Shown piece by piece: positions 56,517 through 64,000 of a stretch of 64,000 bases of DNA. Source of the stretch: Parcubacteria group bacterium (GTDB lineage Bacteria; Patescibacteriota; Minisyncoccia; Phycocordibacterales; 21-14-all-47-15). The stretch lies in assembly GCA_016181845.1 (NCBI GenBank), contig JACOYO010000004.1, positions 15,827 through 79,826 of the forward strand, written 5' to 3'. The notes below the pieces were generated by a model, which saw only the letters and a list, made by a program, of their open reading frames with translations, searched no databases and had not been told where the DNA came from. A program made the position numbers and the translations under genes. Position 1 is the stretch's first letter; each line of letters starts with the position of its first letter.

Positions 56517-57572
56517 CTATGAAATAAGAGCAATCACCATGCCGATAACGGCAAACATGACACTCAATACCCAATATCGCATGGTGACTTTATATGGCGG
56601 CCAGCCGATTGCTTCAAAATGGTGATGGAGCGGCGCGACTAGAAAAATTTTTTTACCATGGCGCAATTTTTTTGAAACTACCTGAATAATAACCGATGCG
56701 GTCGTGGCAAGGAGCGGAAAAGCAATGAGTGGCAGGAGCACCACTTCGCCGGTGAGAAAGACGATGACAGCAAGCGTGGTGGTGAGTCCTAACATGCCGG
56801 TTTCAGACATGTAAAAACGCGCGGGCGGAATGTTGAACCATAGAAATGCCAAAATGCCGCCGACTAGAGTTGCCGAAAACGCCGCAAGGTCAATTTGATT
56901 ATTGAAAAAAGCGATGCCAGCGTAGGCGGCAAAGATAGATGCCATCACACCGCCCGAAAGACCGTCTATGCCGTCTATGACACCGCTTGAAAATAAAGCG
57001 AGCATCACGAGCATAAAAAATGGAATAAAGAGCCAACCGAGATTAAGAATACCGTCAAATGGAATGGCGATGGATGATACTCCCAGTTTGAAGAAAAACC
57101 ACCATCCGCCGATGGCTCCTATTATAAGCACTGTGATAATGCGTTTCCACAATGACAATCCGCCGGCAATGTATCCTCCACCGCCACGCACTTGAAGTAC
57201 GTCATCAACCAATCCAACCAAAGAGGCCGCGATGAGAGTGAAGAGAGGAAGCCATGTTTGATTGCGCGAGAGAAAATTTAATTTTGCCGAGATGTCCGAT
57301 GGGAACCAGCCGGAGATGAGCCACAGCAGAAAGATGGTACAAAGCACGCTCGTCCACACAACCACGCCTCCCATGCGGGGCGTCTTTTTTTCCTCATCGC
57401 GGTGAATTGAAGCAGAGATTGGAGCCGCGCTACCGTCTATGGCGCGAGGGACGCTTTGTGTTTTCCAGAGTTTGCGGGTATATAAAAAATGCGCGACCAA
57501 AGGCGCGAGTGCTATTCCTATCGCAAAGGCGGCAACCGCCGGCACCAATACTTTCACAACATCCAAAATCAC
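56517..57572 (-). CDS. mraY: Phospho-MurNAc-pentapeptide transferase
   Basis: TPRMGG, DGIDGL, WFNIPPA, APLHHHFE. Confidence 0.92.
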   Translation of the reverse strand: MILDVVKVLVPAVAAFAIGIALAPLVAHFLYTRKLWKTQSVPRAIDGSAAPISASIHRDEEKKTPRMGGVVVWTSVLCTIFLLWLISGWFPSDISAKLNFLSRNQTWLPLFTLIAASLVGLVDDVLQVRGGGGYIAGGLSLWKRIITVLIIGAIGGWWFFFKLGVSSIAIPFDGILNLGWLFIPFFMLVMLALFSSGVIDGIDGLSGGVMASIFAAYAGIAFFNNQIDLAAFSATLVGGILAFLWFNIPPARFYMSETGMLGLTTTLAVIVFLTGEVVLLPLIAFPLLATTASVIIQVVSKKLRHGKKIFLVAPLHHHFEAIGWPPYKVTMRYWVLSVMFAVIGMVIALIS

Positions 57573-57657
57573 CTATTTATTATACGGGATTTTTGATGTT
57601 TGTACATCTATAGGTGCTGTAAGTTCTGTTGAAGTTTGACTTCAACGGAGGCTATTT

Positions 57658-58608
57658 CTATTGCGCAATCTTCTCAATGCTTGCCCACGCGAGTTTTTCT
57701 ACATCGTCAAAGCGGCCGTCAACAGTTGAGCCGAGAACTGAGACGATGATGGGGCGCATCGGTCCTGCTTCAAACGCGATGACAAGATTACCGCCCGCCA
57801 AATCGGTAAATCCGGTTTTTGACGCAAGCAATTCCGGCAAAGCGCCGACAAGCTCGTTTGTGTTTTTTTCAATATGTTTAAAATCGCTCAAGGATTCAAA
57901 AGAGCGTTTGCGGTATTGCGTCGCTTCAAACAAATCGGGATATTTTTTTATGGAATACAGAACTAGAAGCGCCATGTCTTTTGCGGAACCATACGCCCCG
58001 CCCAATGATTGTGTGGTATCAAGGCCGGATTCATTTAAGAAAAAAGTTTGCGCCATACCGAGCGAGGTTGCTTTTTTGTTCATAGCGTCAATAAAATCAG
58101 CCGGAATATCAGTCGTCGCGCTCTTTTCGTTTAAGAATGCATTTATGACGCCGGCAATTGCGTGCGCGCCGTCGTTTGAAGACGCAATCAGTGTAAGGTC
58201 GGAAATATCAGAAAGACGCCACTTTTCATTTTCAAACAACCCGCTGTCTCCTTCTTGTTTTATCGCATCTTTGCTGATGGTGATGGTGGTTTCTTTCGGC
58301 ACGAGCTCGCGCGCAAGGAGCGTCGTCATTACTTTGGTGAGCGATGCGAGCGGCAGTTGCGCTTCCTCATTCATCGCGTAGAGCGCCAGATTATTTTTTA
58401 CATCATATACGTATGCCGATTTTGCTTCCAATGAGATTAAGGCAAACGGGTCGGTTGCTTCTGAAACATGCGGTTCAACCACGGCGGATTTTTCCGGTAT
58501 TTTCGGTATCAAGATAGATTGTCGTACGCTCATAAGCAATACAAAAAGCATGAGCAAAAGCAAAGCAAGTGAGAGATAATTTTTCTTTGGTTTCAAATCG
58601 GTATTCAT
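57658..58608 (-). CDS. D-Ala-D-Ala carboxypeptidase (peptidase S11)
   Basis: ASLTK, SSN, KTG motifs. Confidence 0.88.
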   Translation of the reverse strand: MNTDLKPKKNYLSLALLLLMLFVLLMSVRQSILIPKIPEKSAVVEPHVSEATDPFALISLEAKSAYVYDVKNNLALYAMNEEAQLPLASLTKVMTTLLARELVPKETTITISKDAIKQEGDSGLFENEKWRLSDISDLTLIASSNDGAHAIAGVINAFLNEKSATTDIPADFIDAMNKKATSLGMAQTFFLNESGLDTTQSLGGAYGSAKDMALLVLYSIKKYPDLFEATQYRKRSFESLSDFKHIEKNTNELVGALPELLASKTGFTDLAGGNLVIAFEAGPMRPIIVSVLGSTVDGRFDDVEKLAWASIEKIAQ

Positions 58609-58617
58609 AATATATAT

Positions 58618-59235
58618 TTACTCGTCTGCTTTCTCTGCTTCATCAGACGTGGTGCTTTCTTCTTCTGCTTCTTTTATTGCGTCGTCCGTCTTTTCTTCAA
58701 TGCCGTGAAATGCCGCTATCTCGCTTTGCACCGCGTCGTATTCCGGTAAGTCTTCAATTTTGGATATTCCCAAATGTGAAAGTAATTCAAAAGTCGGACG
58801 ATACAGAAAACTTCGCTGGTCTTTCGGATTGGGTATTTTTTCAATTAAACCTCGGATTAATAAATTGCGCAATATAAAAGTGGAATTAACGCCTCGGATA
58901 TAATCAAGCTCTGCTCGCGTAAGAGGACCTTGGTATAGAATTGCAGAAAGCGTTTCAAGCCCAGCTTTCCCCAAATCGCGCGAAAGTTCGTCTTTCATTA
59001 TGGCCTCAATAAGAGCGCTTGCTTCATGGGTTGTCGCAAGCGACACCTCGTCGTCTTTTGACAGTAGCGCCACCCCCCTTCCCTGCAGTCTTTCTTTTAG
59101 GGTTTCAAGAGCCGCGCGAATCGCATGTTCTTCCGCATGAAGTATTTTTGAGAGCGCGCTGACAGACATCGGTTCTGATTTAAAAAAGAGAATCGCTTCA
59201 ATTTTCGCATCCAAAGCAATCGGAGTGTTTGTCAT
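58618..59235 (-). CDS. scpB: Segregation/condensation protein B
   Basis: LETLSAILYQGPLTRAELDYIRGVNS. Confidence 0.92.
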   Translation of the reverse strand: MTNTPIALDAKIEAILFFKSEPMSVSALSKILHAEEHAIRAALETLKERLQGRGVALLSKDDEVSLATTHEASALIEAIMKDELSRDLGKAGLETLSAILYQGPLTRAELDYIRGVNSTFILRNLLIRGLIEKIPNPKDQRSFLYRPTFELLSHLGISKIEDLPEYDAVQSEIAAFHGIEEKTDDAIKEAEEESTTSDEAEKADE

Positions 59236-59975
59236 ATATATCGTGGTGTATTAACGGCGTGTGTTTCCATTTCAATATCGTGGAATTCTTTTTCTTGTGT
59301 TACCGACAGAATGCCTTGTTTGACTAATTCAAGCATGGCAAGGAAACTCACGATGATATGCACTTTTTCTTTTTTGCCGCCGCCCGAAAACTCTTTGAAA
59401 CTCATTTTGACGCTCAACTGGATGCGCTCTGTCAATCGGTCAATCATTTCTTCCAAGCTCACGACCTTTTTAATGACTTTTTGCGAAAGAGGAGCGGCGG
59501 TTTTTGGAAGATTTTTTATGAGTGACAAAACAGCTTCCGCAAGTGTTTTGACGGAAAGGTCGTTGCTTGGAGCAAATACCGGAATTTGAGCGCCACCATC
59601 TTCACGAAAGAAAAGCGGCTGTGTTCCGAAGCGTTCGCGGACATGCAAGCTTGCCGTTTTTATGCGCTGGTATATTTTCAAGCGCCGTTCCAAGTCGCTT
59701 ACGTCGGCTTGTTCCTCAAGTGAAAGTGAAAGCGATGGCAGAAGAGATTTTGATTTTATCAAAAGGAGCGTGGCGGCAACAAGAATAAAATTGGCAGTTT
59801 CTCCAATAGGAAAATGTTCCAGCTGTTTTGTGTACGCGATATAGTCGTCTGCGACTTGCGCAAGGGCGATGTCGCTGATATGGAGTTTCCGTTTTTCTAT
59901 GAGCGTCAAAAGGAGGTCAAGCGGTCCTTGAAAAACGTTTGTTTTTATTTTGTATTGCGTGTCAGAAATACTCAT
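59232..59975 (-). CDS. scpA: Segregation/condensation protein A (kleisin)
   Basis: FQGPLDLLL.LI, FLAMLELVK. Confidence 0.92.
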   Translation of the reverse strand: MSISDTQYKIKTNVFQGPLDLLLTLIEKRKLHISDIALAQVADDYIAYTKQLEHFPIGETANFILVAATLLLIKSKSLLPSLSLSLEEQADVSDLERRLKIYQRIKTASLHVRERFGTQPLFFREDGGAQIPVFAPSNDLSVKTLAEAVLSLIKNLPKTAAPLSQKVIKKVVSLEEMIDRLTERIQLSVKMSFKEFSGGGKKEKVHIIVSFLAMLELVKQGILSVTQEKEFHDIEMETHAVNTPRYI

Positions 59976-59989
59976 GTGGTTCAAAGAGG

Positions 59990-61321
59990 CTATTGAGAGA
60001 GAAGTTTGTCAATGCGGTTGATATCGCGCGGGAAAAGCGCGGCTTCTTTCACGTTTTCAAGCCCGAGCAATTTCGCGGTAAGGCGCTCAAGCCCCATGCC
60101 AAATCCACCATGCGGTGGCATACCGTATTTGAATGCCTGCAGATAAAAAGAAAACTTTTCCGGTTCCAATCCTTTCTTTTTGATACTTTCCACGAGCGTC
60201 TGATATTCATGAATACGCTGACCGCCCGTCGTGATCTCAATGCCGCGGAAAAGCAAATCAAAACCGCGCGCATAGTCTTTGTCGGCAGGGTCTTCAAATG
60301 TGTACATCGGTCTTTTTGACATAGGGAAATGAGTGATGAATATAAAATCGGAACCGTATGTTTTTTGAGCATACTCGCAAAGCCATCGTTCGTGCTGTGG
60401 TTCAAGGTCGGGTTCGTTTGCGCAGTCAACACCAAGAGCTTCGCTCAAGAGTTTTTGCGCTTCGCGTAATTTCAAAGAAGGAATCTCTTCCGGCACGACA
60501 GGAATTTCCGCGCCCAAAAGCGCGAATTCTTTTTTTGATGTTTCTTCAAGCACGCGCATGATGTGCGCAAGCAAGGCGCGTTCTGTCCGCATCACGTCTC
60601 TATGGTCATTAATAAACCCCATTTCAAGGTCAAGACTTGTATATTCGTTCAAGTGTCTCGTTGTGCTGTGTTTCTCGGCGCGGTAGACACTCGTGGTGGT
60701 GAATACTTTTTCAAACACGCCAACCATGATTTGTTTATAAAATTGCGGGCTTTGCGCCAAATGCGCCGTGTGGCCGAAATAATCAAAGGTAAATGAATTG
60801 GCGCCGCCCTCGGCATCTTCGCCGATAATTTTTGGCGGTTGTATCTCCACAAAATTATTCTCGGTCAAGAAATTGCGGAACGCGGCGATAATATTTGCCT
60901 GCACGGAAAAAATCGCGCGGCTTCGCTCGGTGCGCAAAGTGAGCGGCAAATAATCAAAATAAGTATCAAGGTTGAGCTCACCGTCTTTATCAAACGGCAA
61001 TTCTTCAGCGCGTGAGAAAATTTCAATAGAAGTGATTTCAAGCTCAATATCACCGGTCGGAGAATCTTGGTTTATCATTTTTTCGGGGCGTTTGTTTGCG
61101 ATGCCCTTAATAGACACAACCCATTCAGGACGCAATTCTTTCGCGGCGTCATGTGCTTCTTTGTGCGAAGGAAGAGCCACTGCCTGAATGATGCCGGTAG
61201 CATCTCGCACGTCAAGAAAAATGAGCTTCCCGTGGTCGCGGCGGACATTCACCCATCCGGCAATGACTATTTCTTGCCCGATTTTTTCGTGTGCGTTTTT
61301 TATATAAGTTCGTTCATTCAT
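59990..61321 (-). CDS. aspS: Non-discriminating (archaeal-type) aspartate--tRNA(Asp/Asn) ligase
   Basis: LAQSPQFYKQ, RAEKHSTTRHLNEY, GGQRIH, YGMPPHGG; ~443 aa without GAD domain. Confidence 0.9.
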   Translation of the reverse strand: MNERTYIKNAHEKIGQEIVIAGWVNVRRDHGKLIFLDVRDATGIIQAVALPSHKEAHDAAKELRPEWVVSIKGIANKRPEKMINQDSPTGDIELEITSIEIFSRAEELPFDKDGELNLDTYFDYLPLTLRTERSRAIFSVQANIIAAFRNFLTENNFVEIQPPKIIGEDAEGGANSFTFDYFGHTAHLAQSPQFYKQIMVGVFEKVFTTTSVYRAEKHSTTRHLNEYTSLDLEMGFINDHRDVMRTERALLAHIMRVLEETSKKEFALLGAEIPVVPEEIPSLKLREAQKLLSEALGVDCANEPDLEPQHERWLCEYAQKTYGSDFIFITHFPMSKRPMYTFEDPADKDYARGFDLLFRGIEITTGGQRIHEYQTLVESIKKKGLEPEKFSFYLQAFKYGMPPHGGFGMGLERLTAKLLGLENVKEAALFPRDINRIDKLLSQ

Positions 61322-61352
61322 AAATTTGCATAAATTTGTAAGTTTAAATCTA

Positions 61353-61379
61353 AATGTTGGACATCGGATGTCCAACATT
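61353..61379. repeat. Family A palindrome between trpS and aspS
   Basis: aatgttggacatcggatgtccaacatt. Confidence 0.9.
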
Positions 61380-61383
61380 GCTT

Positions 61384-62358
61384 TTAAAGCAAGCCGGTGG
61401 CGCGTTTTACCTGTGCTATTTTAAGAAACGCGCTGTGTTTTGCCGTCTGACCGCCTTGTTTTAATATCTCAATAACCGGCTCTGTATTTTCGGCAATCTT
61501 TTTTCTTTTTTCTCGCAATGGTGTAATAAAATCTTTCATATTTTTGATGAGTATTTCTTTTGATTCTTTGTAGCCAATACCTCCATCGCGATAGCGATTC
61601 TCAAGCTCTGGCAATTGTTCCATGCTGAAAAGACGATGATAGGCAAAAAGCGTATCCTTCTCCATTTCTTTTGGTTCCCCTACTCCCTTTGAATCAGTGA
61701 CAATCCCCATAACTTGCTTTTCTATCTCTTCGTCTGAAGCAAAAAGAGAAATGGTATTGCCGTAGCTCTTGCTCATTTTTTTGCCGTCAATCCCCGGGAT
61801 AGTCGCGACATTCTCGTCAATGAGCGGCTCCGGAAGTTTGAATGTTTCCCCGTACGCAAGGTTAAATTTCTCCGCGGTGTCGCGCGCGATTTCCACGTGT
61901 TGTTTTTGGTCTTGCCCCACTGGTACGACATCGGCATCTTGAATCAAAATATCCGCCGCCATAAGAATCGGATAATCAAACACGCCGACATTCACTTCTT
62001 TGTTTTTAGCGAGTGCATCTTTGTACGCGTGCGCGCGTGAGAGAAACGGCATTGTCGTCAGACAATTAAAAATCCACGCAAGCTCGGTCACTTCCTGCAC
62101 ATCCGATTGCTTAAAAATAATTGTCTTTTTTGGGTCAAGCCCGATAGCCAGATAATCAATGGCTATGTCAAGCGATTCTTGGCGCAATTTTTTCGCGTCG
62201 CGTTCTGTCGTGAGCGCATGATAATCGGCAATAAAAATCATCGCCCGATAATCGTCTTGCAAATCCACAAATCTCTTCATCGCGCCGAAATAGTTGCCGA
62301 TGTGCGGGCGTCCGGTCGGCTTAACGCCGGAAATAAGAATTTTCTGCTCTTTTGTCAT
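61384..62358 (-). CDS. trpS: Tryptophan--tRNA ligase
   Basis: HIGN, YPILMAADIL, VPVGQDQKQH, KMSKS. Confidence 0.96.
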   Translation of the reverse strand: MTKEQKILISGVKPTGRPHIGNYFGAMKRFVDLQDDYRAMIFIADYHALTTERDAKKLRQESLDIAIDYLAIGLDPKKTIIFKQSDVQEVTELAWIFNCLTTMPFLSRAHAYKDALAKNKEVNVGVFDYPILMAADILIQDADVVPVGQDQKQHVEIARDTAEKFNLAYGETFKLPEPLIDENVATIPGIDGKKMSKSYGNTISLFASDEEIEKQVMGIVTDSKGVGEPKEMEKDTLFAYHRLFSMEQLPELENRYRDGGIGYKESKEILIKNMKDFITPLREKRKKIAENTEPVIEILKQGGQTAKHSAFLKIAQVKRATGLL

Positions 62359-62592
62359 TACTTTCTATCATAGCAAAATAATATGAGAAATCATAGATTA
62401 TCGCGGTAGAAAAAAGTAGCGCTGGGCATTAACCAGTTGAATCGCAGGCTAGTTTATTTGACAAATAAAAGATATATGCTATATTGACAACGGAAACGAT
62501 GTTTCCCCTCTTCATGAGAGAAAGGAATCTACTCTCAAGGGAACCTGCGATGCGGGAGCTCCCGAGTTCTTTGACGATGTCAGGGAGGGTTT

Positions 62593-63369
62593 ATGTCTGT
62601 GTTAAAAGTTACAGAGGGCACAATTTTTATTGATTCAATTGTTACTCAACAATGCGAGTTCCTTGGCTCTACCGCGAAAGGAACCTATCCTCCTCCCGGG
62701 TTTGTGTACAAGTCTTTTTTTTGCAAGCCCAAAAATGGAGAAAGTGGAATTTTGGTATTTTCAGGCTTCAACTCTAACAGTGATGCCTCTTATTTTTTCC
62801 AATTTTGGTGGGAGAAGGACAAATTAATTGTGGCGGTAGAGATAGAACGGCCAGCGCATGGTTACAATCTAAGCAAAGAGTTTGGGCTCATGGTGCAGGT
62901 GCGGGACCTGCGTTATGTCACCAAGATTCCCACAGATTTCGGAGCGGAGCGTTATGAATCTACATACGGAAGTTTTCTGTTGGTCGATCTTATTGATATA
63001 CTAAAGTATATCAACGGCCAATCCGAGCTCAAAGATTTGGATAAGGCGGCCTCTTCACTGTTTCGCAAAACGCAGGCGTTCGTCAGGATGAAGCAAGAGA
63101 ATCAAGAGAAAGAAAAAGAGCTTGCTAATGTAAAGCAAGCACTGATGCAACATGAGATGCAACATGAAAAAGACGAGGAGATTATTTTCAAGATGAACTC
63201 AAACTTGAAAAAATCTTTCTGGTATTTTCTCGTCGTCAAACAACTTTTGGAAAATATTCAACAAAAGTTTGTTTGTCACCTGCTTCCACGACACATAAAA
63301 GAGGAGATTGCATCAACACTTTCATCCATCACAAAATTTTTGGAGGAATACAAAGAGGAGACAAAATGA
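62593..63369 (+). CDS. Orphan protein with C-terminal coiled coil
   Basis: TTGACA(62458)-16-TATATT promoter, GGAGG RBS. Confidence 0.65.
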   Translation: MSVLKVTEGTIFIDSIVTQQCEFLGSTAKGTYPPPGFVYKSFFCKPKNGESGILVFSGFNSNSDASYFFQFWWEKDKLIVAVEIERPAHGYNLSKEFGLMVQVRDLRYVTKIPTDFGAERYESTYGSFLLVDLIDILKYINGQSELKDLDKAASSLFRKTQAFVRMKQENQEKEKELANVKQALMQHEMQHEKDEEIIFKMNSNLKKSFWYFLVVKQLLENIQQKFVCHLLPRHIKEEIASTLSSITKFLEEYKEETK

Positions 63370-63809
63370 AAAAAGTCATTTTCTTCATCGTTTTTCTTTG
63401 TTTTTCAATCAGTAGTAGCATTGCTGAAGCAAAGGTATTAGAAAGATACTCAAAATCCTTTTCTTCCAGTGGTGTTATCGCGCATGTTGATGTATATCAA
63501 GAGCAAGACGATAATTTCCACGACTGGGTTACAGAACGAGTTGATGGTGGGTGGGTTTGGAATAAGAACCACTATCCAGTGAGGATAGAAAAGTTTCTCA
63601 TTAGATTAACGGCAAACCCGCCACACGAAGAAACCGAAGTGTTTATTGGGTATCTAGAATTAAAACCCAATGAACAAAGAACCATTGTGGGACTCGTCAC
63701 GACAAATGTGAGTTTCCACATTTATCCGCTTAATGTTGATAAATTCTCTGAAACAAAAGAAATTGGGGTAATTAAATTCGGCAATGTACCCATTGCCGCG
63801 ATACCATAA
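63366..63809 (+). CDS. Secreted orphan protein
   Basis: Signal peptide MKKVIFFIVFLCFSISSSIAEA; ATGA overlap; terminator 63826-63860. Confidence 0.65.
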   Translation: MKKVIFFIVFLCFSISSSIAEAKVLERYSKSFSSSGVIAHVDVYQEQDDNFHDWVTERVDGGWVWNKNHYPVRIEKFLIRLTANPPHEETEVFIGYLELKPNEQRTIVGLVTTNVSFHIYPLNVDKFSETKEIGVIKFGNVPIAAIP

Positions 63810-63877
63810 AACGGTTTCTCTTATAAAAGACCAGCTTGCGCACGCATGCTGGTCTTTTTTTAATACATTTTTTTATT

Positions 63878-64000
63878 TTATTTAACCGAATCGCCGGAGA
63901 ATTCAATGAAGAAGGTGGAGCCCTTGCCTTCCCCGGGCGATTCCGCCCAGACACGGCCTTTGTGCGCTTTCATGATTTCTTTGGCGACGTAGAGTCCTAG
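63878..64000 (-). CDS. Sensor histidine kinase C-terminus (partial)
   Basis: LGLYVAKEIMKAHKGRVWAESPGEGKGSTFFIEF (HATPase_c G2 box). Confidence 0.85.
   Translation of the reverse strand, partial: LGLYVAKEIMKAHKGRVWAESPGEGKGSTFFIEFSGDSVK

Noticed and set aside
57629-58381. Long antisense ORFs opposite core genes (e.g. 1223-1903, 3310-3954, 47440-48126, 57629-58381)
   Set aside because: Shadow frames of well-supported genes with no motifs of their own.
1-64000. Alternative genetic code (UGA recoding as in Gracilibacteria/SR1)
   Set aside because: Core genes are full length in code 11 and some end in TGA.

Overview
64-kb chromosomal segment that looks like Patescibacteria/CPR (Parcubacteria-type). 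This is inferred from gene content: rpsP-khpA-trmD without rimM, a NusB-NUDIX fusion, a short SMC, a non-discriminating archaeal-type AspRS and an N-terminally short ThrRS. It carries peptidoglycan/division genes (ftsI end, murF, ddl, murG, ftsW, mraY, dacA-like, M23, NlpC/P60), translation and replication housekeeping genes (rnr, ychF, gyrB, thrS, dnaE, rnhB, rpmF, rnc, smc/scpAB, grpE-dnaK, gltX, aspS, trpS) and six intact tRNAs. A tRNA-Ala-linked type I R-M defence island (Fic, HTH-HsdM, Trypco2-like, HEPN-like, HsdS, DinD, HsdR, M48) spans about 10-20.3 kb. A tRNA-Glu-linked island of toxin-like remnants and structured RNAs spans about 43.8-47.2 kb. The most striking unexplained structure is a set of short palindromic repeat families. 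They cluster between genes, nest inside a larger conserved scaffold with swappable hairpins, and insert in-frame into TrmD, YchF (twice), TspO, a membrane protein and a tRNA D-arm. There are also orphan AT-rich gene cassettes, some flanked by diverged duplicates of host gene ends, and two convergent promoter + small structured RNA units behind toxin-like genes. All calls were made by eye; no database searches were run.
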